Positions 20,685-30,209 of a DNA stretch of 64,000 bases are shown piece by piece. Both the position numbers and the translations under genes were made by a program. Origin of the DNA: an uncultured Collinsella sp. (GTDB lineage: Bacteria > Actinomycetota > Coriobacteriia > Coriobacteriales > Coriobacteriaceae); contig CABUGI010000003.1 of NCBI GenBank assembly GCA_902491055.1, forward strand, positions 8,536 through 72,535, in the 5' to 3' direction. Under the pieces are notes generated by a model, which did not search any database, was not told the origin of the DNA, and worked only from the letters and a program-made list of their open reading frames with translations. Every line of letters starts with the position of its first letter. Position 1 is the first letter of the stretch.

Positions 20685-21344
20685 ATGAAAAACGTTCTGT
20701 GCTTTGGCGACAGCAATACCTATGGCTACGATCCGGCAGGTATGCGCGACAGCACCGCAGTGCGCTATGCGCAGGATGTGCGCTGGTGCGGTGTGGTGCA
20801 GCGTGACCTGGGTGAGGGTTGGCATGTGATTGAGGAAGGCCTAAATGGTCGCACGACGGTGCGCGACGATATGTGCCATCTGGACACCAACCTCAACGGC
20901 ATTCGCGCGCTGCCGATGCTGCTCGAGGCCCATAAGCCGCTGGATGCGATCGTGATTATGCTGGGCACCAACGACTGCAAGACGGTCTTTGGCGTGACGG
21001 CCTCCGATATTGCCCGCGGCGCCATGGCGTTGATTCGCGCCGTCCGTGCGTTTGCCTGGACCGATGCCGCGCCCTGCCCACGGATTCTGCTGATGGCGCC
21101 TATCAAGATTAAGCCGCAGATCGCCGACGTATATATGACCGATTTTGACGAGCATTCCGTAGAAGCCTCGGAACATTTTGGTGAGTACTACGCGCATGTG
21201 GCTGAGCAGTTTGGCTGCGACTTTTTGAATGCCGCCGATTTTGCCGAGCCGGGCGATATCGATTATCTGCACATGATGCCCGAGAGCCACGAGAGCTTGG
21301 GACATGCCGTGGCAGCCAAGCTCCAAGAGATGCTCGGTGAGTAG
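20685..21344 (+). CDS. SGNH/GDSL hydrolase family protein
   Basis: N-terminal VLCFGDSNTYGYDP (GDS block) and a C-terminal DxxH-like DYLHM. Confidence 0.85.
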   Translation: MKNVLCFGDSNTYGYDPAGMRDSTAVRYAQDVRWCGVVQRDLGEGWHVIEEGLNGRTTVRDDMCHLDTNLNGIRALPMLLEAHKPLDAIVIMLGTNDCKTVFGVTASDIARGAMALIRAVRAFAWTDAAPCPRILLMAPIKIKPQIADVYMTDFDEHSVEASEHFGEYYAHVAEQFGCDFLNAADFAEPGDIDYLHMMPESHESLGHAVAAKLQEMLGE

Positions 21345-21399
21345 TGCAGCCCCAAAGCGGTACAAAAGTTCCCCTTGCGGCGGCTTGTTTCGTTTGTTT

Positions 21400-21617
21400 G
21401 TCTTGATCTGTAACAGTACGAAGGCCGAAAACGGGCTAGATGTTACAGATTGAGATTATTCAGGTCGATATCGGTCGTTTGTCTCGATCTGTAACATCTA
21501 GGGTCGATTTTGCCGAGTTACTGTTACAGATCGAGATTATCTTCTCAGCTGAATTTGAATGTCTCGATCTGTAACAGGTGGGCCGAAAAATGGACTCTAA
21601 CTGTTACAGATCGAGAT
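21400..21617. repeat. Array of three ~57-bp hairpin units (six 16-nt arms in alternating orientation)
   Basis: Arms GTCTCGATCTGTAACA / TGTTACAGATCGAGAT at 21400, 21441, 21481, 21522, 21561 and 21602. Loops are 23-25 nt and related to one another; the middle unit is inverted. Confidence 0.85.
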
Positions 21618-21628
21618 ATTTGTGGGAA

Positions 21629-21665
21629 CCACCACAAAGGTGCCTGCCCCTTTGTGGTGGTTTTG
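21629..21665 (+). terminator. Intrinsic terminator (possibly bidirectional) between the SGNH gene and thiD
   Basis: Perfect 12-bp stem CCACCACAAAGG / CCTTTGTGGTGG followed by TTTTGG. Confidence 0.6.
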
Positions 21666-21676
21666 GGCTGCGAATC

Positions 21677-22507
21677 TTAATATTGCCACATATGGTTGAC
21701 GGGGCCGGAGCCTTTGCCCATGTCAAAGCCGGCGGCGAGAGCGCCGGTTAGGTAGGCCTTGCCGGCGTTGACGGCGTCGGCAAGATCCATGCCCTGGGCC
21801 AGCGCGCAGGCGATGGCGGACGAGAGCGTGCAACCGGTGCCATGCGTGTTGCCGGTCTCGATGCGCTTGTGGCGGAACCACGTGGTGAGCGGATCGCCCA
21901 GGTGGTTGCCCTCGTCATCGAGCGGCGCGGGCTCTGCTAGCACATCGTTGGCCTCGTTGACAAAATGCCCGCCCTTAACGAGAGACGCGCAACCAAAGCG
22001 GCGGGTGAGGAGCATGGCAGCATTTTGCTGCGTGCGCTCGGAGTCGACCTCGTAGTCGAGCAGGGCCATGGCCTCGGGAATATTGGGCGTGATAACCGTC
22101 GCTAGCGGGAACAGGCGGCGGGTGAGCGCCTCGGCGGCATCTTCGGCAATCAGCCGTGCGCCCGAGGTGGCTACCATGACGGGGTCGACGACCACGTTTG
22201 TTGCGTTCCAGGCGCTCAAGCGGTCGGCGATGACTTCGATAATCTCGACAGAAGAAACCATGCCGATCTTGACGGCGTTCGGGCGGATATCGTCAAAAAC
22301 GGCGTCAATTTGCGCGGCTACGATATCTGGCGAGATATCCTGTACGGCGGTGACGCCCAAGGTGTTCTGTGCGGTGATGGCGGTGATGGCCGTCTCGGCA
22401 TACAGGCGGTGCGCCGTGATGGTCTTGATGTCGGCCTGAATGCCGGCGCCACCGCTGGAATCGGATCCTGCGATGGATAGAACGGCAGGTACCTTACTGC
22501 GATCCAT
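21677..22507 (-). CDS. thiD: Hydroxymethylpyrimidine/phosphomethylpyrimidine kinase ThiD
   Basis: GSDSSGGAGIQADIKT motif; lies downstream of thiC. Confidence 0.95.
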   Translation of the reverse strand: MDRSKVPAVLSIAGSDSSGGAGIQADIKTITAHRLYAETAITAITAQNTLGVTAVQDISPDIVAAQIDAVFDDIRPNAVKIGMVSSVEIIEVIADRLSAWNATNVVVDPVMVATSGARLIAEDAAEALTRRLFPLATVITPNIPEAMALLDYEVDSERTQQNAAMLLTRRFGCASLVKGGHFVNEANDVLAEPAPLDDEGNHLGDPLTTWFRHKRIETGNTHGTGCTLSSAIACALAQGMDLADAVNAGKAYLTGALAAGFDMGKGSGPVNHMWQY

Positions 22508-22689
22508 GTTCGCTCCCTTGTTCGGTCGGAATCAAATGGGTCTATAAGCCAGCATTATAATGATGCCCGGGCCGACTCTATGTCGAACCCGGGCGGGCGA
22601 TGCAATCTTTACGCAAATGCAAGCAAATGTTCACACGTCAACAATTGACAGGCACCAGCTCGCCGCCAGAAGCGGCCGCGGCGACAGGG

Positions 22690-24024
22690 CTAGTCCTCCA
22701 TGCCGAGGTCGATCGTGGTGCCCTCGAAAATCTTGTTGACGGTGCGGACGGCACACATCTTGCCACACATGGTGCAAGTGCCTTCGGTGGCGGCGGGGGA
22801 CTCCTCGTAGCGCTTCTTGCCCGTAACCGGGTCGAGTGCGCACTTCCACATGGCGTCCCAATCGAGCTTGCGGCGTGCCTGGCCCATCTTGTCGTCCATG
22901 TCGCGGGCGTGCGGCACCTTCTTGGCGATATCGGCGGCGTGCGCGGCAATCTTAGTGGCCATGAGGCCGTCGAGCACGTCCTGGGCGTTAGGCAGGCATA
23001 GGTGCTCGGCCGGCGTCACGTAGCACAGGAAGTCGGCGCCGGAGCTCGCGGAGATGGCGCCGCCGATGGCTGCGGTGATGTGGTCGTAGCCCACGCCGAT
23101 ATCGGTCACCAGCGGCCCCAGCACATAGAACGGGGCGTTGTGGCACAGACGCTTCTGCAGCTTCATATTGGCGGCGATCTCGTCGAGCGCCATGTGACCC
23201 GGGCCCTCGACCATGACCTGGACGCCGGCGGCCCAAGCACGCTTGCACAGCTTGCCCAGTTCGATCATCTCGGCAGTCTCGGTGGCGTCGTTGGAGTCGT
23301 AGAGACAGCCCGGGCGGCAGGAGTCGCCGAGCGAGATCGTTACGTCGTACTCGTGGCAGATTTCGAGCACCTCGTCGTAGAACTCGTAGAAGGGGTTCTC
23401 GTTACCGGTGACTTCCATCCAGCCAAACAGCAGCGAGCCGCCGCGGCTGACGATGTTCATGAGGCGGCCGGTCTCCTTAAAGGTCTTTGTGACCGACTTG
23501 TTGATGCCGCAGTGGATGGTCATAAAGTCCACGCCGTCCTCGGCGTGCGCGCGCACGACCTCGAACAGGTCGTCCTTGGTAAGCTTGACCAGCGGCTTTT
23601 CCATGTAGCCGATGGCGTCGTACATGGGGACGGTACCTACCATGAGCGGCGTCTCGTCGATGAGCTGCTGGCGGAACTGGCGCGTCTTGCCCGAGTTGGA
23701 GAGGTCCATGATGGCGTCGGCGCCAAAGTCCTCGGCGATCTTGACCTTCTTCCATTCCTCGGCGGCATCGGCCTTGTCGCCCGAGATGCCCAAGTTCACG
23801 TTGACCTTGGTGGACAGGCCCTCACCGACGCCAAAGGCGCGCATGCCTTTTTTGATGTGCACGATGTTGGCAGGAATGGCGATGCGGCCGTCGGCCACGC
23901 GCTCGCGGATGTACTCGGGGTCGCGATGCTCGCGCTCGGCGACCTCCTTCATCTGCGGTGTGATCTGCCCGGCGCGGGCGAAGTCGATTTGCGTGACGAG
24001 CTTGGGCTCGGTCTGTGTGCTCAT
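22690..24024 (-). CDS. thiC: Phosphomethylpyrimidine synthase ThiC
   Basis: Radical-SAM ThiC sequence with C-terminal CTMCGKMCA. Start at ATG 24024 (MSTQTEPK). Confidence 0.95.
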   Translation of the reverse strand: MSTQTEPKLVTQIDFARAGQITPQMKEVAEREHRDPEYIRERVADGRIAIPANIVHIKKGMRAFGVGEGLSTKVNVNLGISGDKADAAEEWKKVKIAEDFGADAIMDLSNSGKTRQFRQQLIDETPLMVGTVPMYDAIGYMEKPLVKLTKDDLFEVVRAHAEDGVDFMTIHCGINKSVTKTFKETGRLMNIVSRGGSLLFGWMEVTGNENPFYEFYDEVLEICHEYDVTISLGDSCRPGCLYDSNDATETAEMIELGKLCKRAWAAGVQVMVEGPGHMALDEIAANMKLQKRLCHNAPFYVLGPLVTDIGVGYDHITAAIGGAISASSGADFLCYVTPAEHLCLPNAQDVLDGLMATKIAAHAADIAKKVPHARDMDDKMGQARRKLDWDAMWKCALDPVTGKKRYEESPAATEGTCTMCGKMCAVRTVNKIFEGTTIDLGMED

Positions 24025-24030
24025 TGGCAC

Positions 24031-24128
24031 GGCTCCCTTCGTTGGCATTACCCATATCAGGTTTGCGGGTCAGGGCGGGCGCGCCCAATCTCAGCCTGCC
24101 GTCTTGTCCTGCAAGCCCCCCGTTTATG
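24031..24128 (-). promoter_or_regulatory. TPP (THI-box) riboswitch controlling thiC-thiD
   Basis: The minus strand reads ...GGCTGAGA...TGACCC...AACCTGATATGGGTAATGCCAACGAAGGGAG, ending at the RBS 5' of the thiC ATG. Confidence 0.85.
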
Positions 24129-24195
24129 TAATGGGCTCAAGTATAGCTCGAATGGGTACGATTGGCCTAACGAGCGTGCCTGTGAGGAGGCGTAC

Positions 24196-24717
24196 ATGGA
24201 AGACAAGCATCTATATCGAGAGACGCAATGGGATGTATCGGCCGAGGAAAGCCGTGCGCACCATGGCCTTGTCGCGATCGGTTTTGCGGTGCTTGCCGTG
24301 CTGGTGATTGCCTTTTGTATCTGGACGTTTGGTGGTCGCGGCGGCGCTGCATGGGAGTTCGAGGCTGATGATAGCCTACCGATTATGACGGTGAGGAGTA
24401 CTGGCGGTAATGCCAATACGCTCGCCGTTCCGGGCGATTATTGGTACCCGTGCGATGAGTTTGTGCAGTTGCAGCTGAGTGGTGGGTCTATTCCTGGTGA
24501 GGAAATCGAACGCGTGACGTATGATGCGACGTTCAAAACGTTGACGGTGAAGCTCAAAGATCAAGGGGATGTGCCCACGACGATGGATATCGCGCTGACG
24601 GAATGGCGCCTGGAGCCCCCGTCGGGTGTTGCGGTGTCCGAGGTCGAGCACGTCAAGATTGTCTATCAGGACGGTTCGACAAACGGGATTGCAAAGGCCG
24701 ACGGTCTAGCAGAATAG
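24196..24717 (+). CDS. Hypothetical single-pass membrane protein
   Basis: GAGGAGG RBS before ATG 24196 and one TM (LVAIGFAVLAVLVIAFCIW). This is the 3' portion of a long shadow ORF that starts at 23002. Confidence 0.55.
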   Translation: MEDKHLYRETQWDVSAEESRAHHGLVAIGFAVLAVLVIAFCIWTFGGRGGAAWEFEADDSLPIMTVRSTGGNANTLAVPGDYWYPCDEFVQLQLSGGSIPGEEIERVTYDATFKTLTVKLKDQGDVPTTMDIALTEWRLEPPSGVAVSEVEHVKIVYQDGSTNGIAKADGLAE

Positions 24718-24745
24718 GTGTCGAGCCTAGCAGCCAATTCATAAA

Positions 24746-24811
24746 AGTTGCGGTGGAATAGTTCCTGATTGTGCGAAAAAGGCTCAAATAGGAATTATTC
24801 CACCGCAAGTT
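24746..24811. repeat. AGTTGCGGTG-family hairpin element, copy 1
   Basis: AGTTGCGGTGGAATAGTTCCT ... AGGAATTATTCCACCGCAAGT. Lies between the convergent stops at 24717 and 24852. Confidence 0.8.
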
Positions 24812-24851
24812 ATTTAGAGAAGACTGAGCGGGTCAGTGTTGGGTGCCGGCT

Positions 24852-25661
24852 CTAGAGCATCTGTTCGTTGATGAACATGAGGGTGCCTAGGTATGAGAGC
24901 TCGGGGACGTGGCGATAGCCGATGTTGAATGCGGTAAGTTCGCTTGCATCCTCGAGCTTGTTTTCTGCCATCCACCGCACCATGGAGCCGCGCGTCTTTT
25001 TGCTGGCGGTCGACTGTTGGATGGGCTTCCCGTTGCGGATGCCCTCGCCAAAGAGGCATGTGACGGCTGTGGCGTCGCCCGCGAGGTGGGGCAGAACGGC
25101 TTTGGCATACTCTACGCTGGCGAGGTTGACGATCGTGGTGTTTGAGCCTGCCGGGGCGATAGCCCGCGCGAGCTTGTCGCTCCAAAACGCGTAGAGGTCT
25201 CGGGCATCGTCAACGGCGAGCTTCGCGCCCATCTCCAGCCGATACGGTTCGACGGCATGAAAGGGACGAACGCACCCGTAGAGGCCGGAGAGGATCCACA
25301 GATGGTCTTGCAGCCATGCGAGCTGCGCGGAATCCATCACCTCGGGTGCCATGCTCTGGTATTGAATGCCGTGATAGGACATGACGGCAGGGGAGAGGTG
25401 GCGAGCGAGTGCGGGATTGTCGAGATCGCCGCTTTTCAGGATGGGCCCGAACTCATGCAGGGTGTTGAGGCAAGGCCCCAGCAGTTTGTTACTCACGTTC
25501 CACAGCGCCTGCAGGCCGCCGCTGCCTTCATTCCGCTCGATATCTAGCAGTGCGCGGTGGAGGCGAGCCGTCTCGCGCACAAAGGGTGGGATGCCCAGGG
25601 CTTCAAAAGCATCTTGGGCCGCGCGCATCTGCTTGGCGGGCGAAATGATGACCTGCAGCAT
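24852..25661 (-). CDS. yaaA: Peroxide stress protein YaaA (DUF328/UPF0246)
   Basis: N-terminus MLQVIISPAKQM. GGAGAG RBS; start at 25661 rather than the track start 25862. Confidence 0.9.
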   Translation of the reverse strand: MLQVIISPAKQMRAAQDAFEALGIPPFVRETARLHRALLDIERNEGSGGLQALWNVSNKLLGPCLNTLHEFGPILKSGDLDNPALARHLSPAVMSYHGIQYQSMAPEVMDSAQLAWLQDHLWILSGLYGCVRPFHAVEPYRLEMGAKLAVDDARDLYAFWSDKLARAIAPAGSNTTIVNLASVEYAKAVLPHLAGDATAVTCLFGEGIRNGKPIQQSTASKKTRGSMVRWMAENKLEDASELTAFNIGYRHVPELSYLGTLMFINEQML

Positions 25662-25684
25662 GAACTCTCCTCTGCCAAAAAAGA

Positions 25685-25752
25685 AATTGCGGTGGAATAC
25701 GGTCTGTTTTAGCCGTTTATGGGCCAGTTTAGTCCGTATTTCACCGCAAGTT
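25685..25752. repeat. AGTTGCGGTG-family hairpin element, copy 2 (degenerate)
   Basis: AATTGCGGTGGAATACGGTCT ... AGTCCGTATTTCACCGCAAGTT. Lies 13 nt after the aminopeptidase stop. Confidence 0.75.
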
Positions 25753-25764
25753 ATGAAGGGCTGG

Positions 25765-27162
25765 TTAGGCGCGCTCGAGGAAGGCCTTGTAGCCGCGGTA
25801 GGCCTCGTAGATATCGGCCTTGTTGGCGACCTCCCATAGGGCGTGCATGGACAGAACGGCAACGCCGGAGTCGATGACGTTCATGCCGTACTTGGCCATG
25901 ATGTAGGCGATGGTGCCGCCGCCACCAGCGTTGACGCGGCCGAGCTCGCAGGTCTGGAAGTCCACGCCGGCCTCGTCCATGATGTCGCGGACGAGGGCCA
26001 CATACTCGGCGTCGGCGTCGTTAGAGCCGCCCTTGCCGCGGCTGCCCGTGTACTTGTTAAAGCACAGGCCGCGACCCATAAAGGCGGCGTTTTTGGTCTC
26101 GAACTTGCCGGCATAGCCCGGGTCGAAGCCGGCGGACACGTCGGAGGAGAGCATGCGGCTGCGGGCGAGTGCGCGGCGCAGGGCCAGCGGGCTATCCTCG
26201 CCGGCGAGCGTCATGATCTCGGCGACGGTGTTCTCGAAGAAGCGGCTCGTCATACCGGTGGCACCCACGGAGCCGATCTCCTCCTTATCGACGATGAGCG
26301 TGATGCTCGTGCGCTCCACGTTGGCGACGTCGATCTGGGCAAGCATGGAGGGGTAAGCGCAGACGCGATCGTCGTGGCCATAGCCCAGAATCATGGAGCG
26401 GTCGAGGCCCATGTCGCGGGCGGGGCCGGCGGGCACGACCTCGATCTCGGCGGAGAGGAAGTCCTCCTCCTCGACGTCGTACTGCTCCTTGAGGATATCC
26501 AGGAACATCTGCTTGACGGGCTCCTTGGGGGCGTCCTTGTCGTCCTCATCGAACTTGACGGGACGGCCGCCCACGATCACGTCGAGGATCTCGGCGTCGA
26601 CGGCGTCCTTGGCGGGCTTGGACATCTGCTCGCTCGAGAGGTGGATCAGCAGGTCGGAGATGGTAAAGACCGGATCGTCTGCCTTGTCGCCGATGTTGAT
26701 GTCGACGGTGGTGCCGTCCTTTTTGCAGATGACGCCCACGAGTGCGAGCGGGGAGGCCACCCAGTGGTAGCTCTTGACGCCACCGTAGTAGTGCGTGTCG
26801 AGGTAGGCCATGTCGCCGGCCTCGAAGGCGGGGTTCTGCTTAAGGTCTAGGCGCGGCGAGTCCACGTGGGCGCCCAGGATGTTAAAGCCCTGCTCGAGCG
26901 GGGCGTTGCCCAGGTTGACGAGCATGAGGTCCTTGCCGTGATTGGCGGCGTACACTTTGTCGCCTGCCTTGAGCTCGCGGCCTTCGGCGATCACGGTCTC
27001 CAGGTCGACGTATCCCGCCTCCTCGGCCATCTTGATGCCGGTCTTGACGCACAGGCGCTCGGTCTTGTTCTCGCTCAAAAACTGCTTATAGCCGCGGCAA
27101 AGCTCCTCGAGCTCCTCGACTTGCTGTGGCGTGTACTTTTTCCATGCGCAGGGACGCTCCAT
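25765..27162 (-). CDS. M18-family aminopeptidase
   Basis: HVDSPRLDLKQNP and GYGHDDRVCAY motifs. Start at ATG 27162 with an AAAGGAG RBS. Confidence 0.85.
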   Translation of the reverse strand: MERPCAWKKYTPQQVEELEELCRGYKQFLSENKTERLCVKTGIKMAEEAGYVDLETVIAEGRELKAGDKVYAANHGKDLMLVNLGNAPLEQGFNILGAHVDSPRLDLKQNPAFEAGDMAYLDTHYYGGVKSYHWVASPLALVGVICKKDGTTVDINIGDKADDPVFTISDLLIHLSSEQMSKPAKDAVDAEILDVIVGGRPVKFDEDDKDAPKEPVKQMFLDILKEQYDVEEEDFLSAEIEVVPAGPARDMGLDRSMILGYGHDDRVCAYPSMLAQIDVANVERTSITLIVDKEEIGSVGATGMTSRFFENTVAEIMTLAGEDSPLALRRALARSRMLSSDVSAGFDPGYAGKFETKNAAFMGRGLCFNKYTGSRGKGGSNDADAEYVALVRDIMDEAGVDFQTCELGRVNAGGGGTIAYIMAKYGMNVIDSGVAVLSMHALWEVANKADIYEAYRGYKAFLERA

Positions 27163-27328
27163 GACGCAGGCTCCTTTCGGATCGATCGTGCTGGTTGATG
27201 TACCGTGAGCCATCGTATCACGCGCGGGCTCACGGTGGCGGGGGAGCTTGATGTGAGGTGGCCGCGGGGCGGGGAGCGTGTAAACTGGAGTGAGCAAACC
27301 GTGCCCAGCCCAAAGCGAGGTATTCAAT

Positions 27329-30076
27329 ATGTCTGACAAGCGCCGCACCTTTGCCGTCATCGACGGCAACTCGCTCATGCACCGCGCCTTTCACGCCGTG
27401 CCGCCGACCATGAACGCGCCGGACGGTCGCCCCACCAACGCGATCTTCGGCTTTCTGAACATGTTCCTCAAGATGATTGATGCCTTTAACCCCGACGGTG
27501 TGGTCGTGGCGTTTGATAAAGGCAAGCCGCGCGTGCGCATGGAGATGCTGCCGCAGTACAAGGCTCAGCGCCCGCCCATGGACCCCGATCTGCACGCGCA
27601 GTTTCCGATGATCAAGGAGCTGCTTACCGCGCTCAACGTGCCGATTCTGCAGTCCGAGGGCTGGGAAGGCGACGATATCCTGGGTACCATGGCGCGCCTG
27701 GGTGAGGAGGCCGGCTGCGACATGCTGCTGGTGACCGGCGACCGCGACATGTATCAGCTCGTGACCGAGCACGTCAACGTGGTCTCGACCCGCAAGGGCC
27801 TGTCCGACGTGGCGATTATGACGCCCGAGAGCGTGGATGACCTGTATCACGGCATTACGCCGGCGCTCGTGCCCGATTTCTACGGTCTGAAGGGCGATAC
27901 GTCGGACAACATTCCCGGCGTACCGGGCATCGGCCCCAAAAAGGCGAGCGCGCTCATCGCGCAGTACGGCAGCTTGGACGAAGTCATCGCACATGCCGAC
28001 GAGGTCAAGGGCAAGATGGGCGAGAACCTGCGTGCACACATCGACGACGCACTGCTGAGCCGCAAGGTCGCAACCATTCGCACCGATGCGCCCGTCGAGC
28101 TCGACTTTGAGGCGACGTCCTTCCCGGCGTTTTCTTCCGACGAGGTCTCCGCGGCGCTGGGCACGCTCGGCATTACGGCTATGCAGAACCGCTTCCTGGC
28201 GCTGATCGGCGGCGAGGGCGGGGCTGCTGCCTCCAGTGTTTTTGAGATACCTGCGATGGTTCGCGCAGCCGCCGACGATGCTGACGCGCTTGGTGCCGTT
28301 GCGGCTGAGGTCTCCCGCGCGATTGATGCCGGCGAGTGGGTCGCCGCCGTGGTGGACGACGACAAGGAAGAGGGCGCGCTCTTTGGACTGACGCGCACGC
28401 TGTGGTTGGCGACGTCCAAGGGCCTGTTCGCGCTCGAGGAGGGCGACAGCGGTGCAGCGGCTGAGGTTGAGGGCTTCAACTTCGTCTACGGCGTGATTGC
28501 CGGCGTGCTCGCGCGCCTGTTTATGGAGGGTCGCGTGGCGAGCCCGGATATGAAGGCGCTGCTGCACGAGCTTTCGCCCATCGATTCTTCTGAGCCCGAG
28601 CTCATGGATCCGCTCGCTGCCGATTCCACGCGCATCTTCGACACCGTGGTTGCCGCCTACCTGCTGGATTCCGACCGCTCCGAGTTCGATGAGGCATATC
28701 TGGCCGATACCTATCTGCAGATGGCGCTGCCTGCGGCGCGCGGTGCAGAGGGTGCCGGCGAGGACGCTCCGGCGCCTGCCGCCCGCACGGCGGCCTTGAC
28801 GCTGGAGCTGGTCGCACCGCTGCGCGACCACATGGCCCGCGAGAACGCCGCCAACGTGTTCGACGGCATCGAGATGCCGCTCGTGCCGGTGCTTGCCAAG
28901 ATGGAACGTGCGGGCATGCTCGTGGACCCCGACCGCCTGCACAGTCTGTCCGAGGGTCTGGCGACCCAGATTACCGAGGTCGAGCGAAGCATTCGCGACC
29001 TGGCGGGTGACGAGACCTTTAATATTGGCAGTCCCATGCAGCTGTCGCATGTGCTCTTTGATGTGATGGGGCTTCCGACCAAGGGCCTCAAGAAGACTAA
29101 GCGCGGCTATTATTCGACCAACGCCAAGGTGTTGAGCGACCTTGCCCGCGACCACGAGATCGTGCGCCTGATCTTGGACTGGCGCGAGAAGTCCAAGATC
29201 AAGTCAACCTATCTGGACACGTTGGGCCCGCTACGCCGTGGTGACGGTCGTGTGCACACTACGTACAACCAGACCATCACGGCAACGGGGCGTCTGTCCT
29301 CGAGCGATCCCAACCTGCAGAACATCCCGACGCGCTCTGAGCTGGGTCGTACCGTCAAGACGGCGTTTTCGGCAGGCGAGGGCAGCGTCTTTTTGGCGGT
29401 GGACTACTCGCAGATCGAGCTGCGTCTGCTGGCGCATCTTTCGGGTGACGAGCATCTGGTGCGCGCTTTTAACGAGGGCGAGGACTTCCACGCCGAGACG
29501 GCGGCGCGCGTGTTTGGCGTTCCCGTGTCCGAGGTAACTCCCGACCTGCGCAGTCGCGCCAAGGCCGTGAACTTTGGCATTGTGTACGGTCAGCAGGCCT
29601 ACGGTCTGTCGCAGTCGCTGCATATCTCGATGGCCGAGGCGCGCGATATGATCGATCGCTACTACGAGGCCTACCCGGGCGTGCGCACGTTCCTCGACAA
29701 CGTGGTGGCACGCGCCAAGCAGACGGGCTACGCCGAGACCATGTACGGCCGCCGCCGCCATATTCCGGAGCTTAAGGCCAAAAACCCGCAACTCCGCGGC
29801 TTTGGCGAGCGCACGGCCATGAACCATCCCATGCAGGGCACCGCAGCAGACATCATCAAGATCGCCATGGCCCGCGTAAGCCGCCGCTTGGAAGAAGAGG
29901 GCTTTGCCGCCCACATGATCCTGCAAGTGCACGACGAACTGGACTTTGAGTGCCCCATCGACGAAGTCGAGCGCCTAACCACCATGGTCCGCGACGTCAT
30001 GGAGCACGTAGTGGACCTCCGCGTTCCCCTAATCGCCGAAGCCAGCACCGGCATAACCTGGGCCGACGCGAAATAG
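27329..30076 (+). CDS. polA: DNA polymerase I
   Basis: 5'-nuclease N-terminus, plus polymerase motifs DYSQIELR and QVHDELDFE. Confidence 0.97.
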   Translation: MSDKRRTFAVIDGNSLMHRAFHAVPPTMNAPDGRPTNAIFGFLNMFLKMIDAFNPDGVVVAFDKGKPRVRMEMLPQYKAQRPPMDPDLHAQFPMIKELLTALNVPILQSEGWEGDDILGTMARLGEEAGCDMLLVTGDRDMYQLVTEHVNVVSTRKGLSDVAIMTPESVDDLYHGITPALVPDFYGLKGDTSDNIPGVPGIGPKKASALIAQYGSLDEVIAHADEVKGKMGENLRAHIDDALLSRKVATIRTDAPVELDFEATSFPAFSSDEVSAALGTLGITAMQNRFLALIGGEGGAAASSVFEIPAMVRAAADDADALGAVAAEVSRAIDAGEWVAAVVDDDKEEGALFGLTRTLWLATSKGLFALEEGDSGAAAEVEGFNFVYGVIAGVLARLFMEGRVASPDMKALLHELSPIDSSEPELMDPLAADSTRIFDTVVAAYLLDSDRSEFDEAYLADTYLQMALPAARGAEGAGEDAPAPAARTAALTLELVAPLRDHMARENAANVFDGIEMPLVPVLAKMERAGMLVDPDRLHSLSEGLATQITEVERSIRDLAGDETFNIGSPMQLSHVLFDVMGLPTKGLKKTKRGYYSTNAKVLSDLARDHEIVRLILDWREKSKIKSTYLDTLGPLRRGDGRVHTTYNQTITATGRLSSSDPNLQNIPTRSELGRTVKTAFSAGEGSVFLAVDYSQIELRLLAHLSGDEHLVRAFNEGEDFHAETAARVFGVPVSEVTPDLRSRAKAVNFGIVYGQQAYGLSQSLHISMAEARDMIDRYYEAYPGVRTFLDNVVARAKQTGYAETMYGRRRHIPELKAKNPQLRGFGERTAMNHPMQGTAADIIKIAMARVSRRLEEEGFAAHMILQVHDELDFECPIDEVERLTTMVRDVMEHVVDLRVPLIAEASTGITWADAK

Positions 30077-30209
30077 AAAAACAGCCACAGGTCCAAAGCA
30101 GCCAAACCAGAAGGGAGTCCCTTTCAGCAAGGAACTCCCTTCATCCATAATTATTCAGCCAAGTATCTAGACGCCAAGACGCCATCTAGGCGGCAAGCAA
30201 GTCACCCTA

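Noticed and set aside
21400-21617. Possible CRISPR array
   Set aside because: The repeats are only 16 nt and alternate in orientation, forming hairpins. The 'spacers' are related to one another, and no cas genes are present.
22508-22689. Second TPP riboswitch or separate promoter between thiC and thiD
   Set aside because: There is no CTGAGA/ACCTGAT core on the minus strand. Only a CCCGGG-rich imperfect hairpin is present.
23002-24195. 5' two-thirds of the 571-aa + strand ORF
   Set aside because: It is antisense to thiC and the TPP riboswitch. Only the 3' part, from ATG 24196 with its own RBS, looks like a gene.
27230-29155. 641-aa minus-strand ORF
   Set aside because: It is antisense to polA, with an Arg/Gly/His-rich shadow-frame composition.
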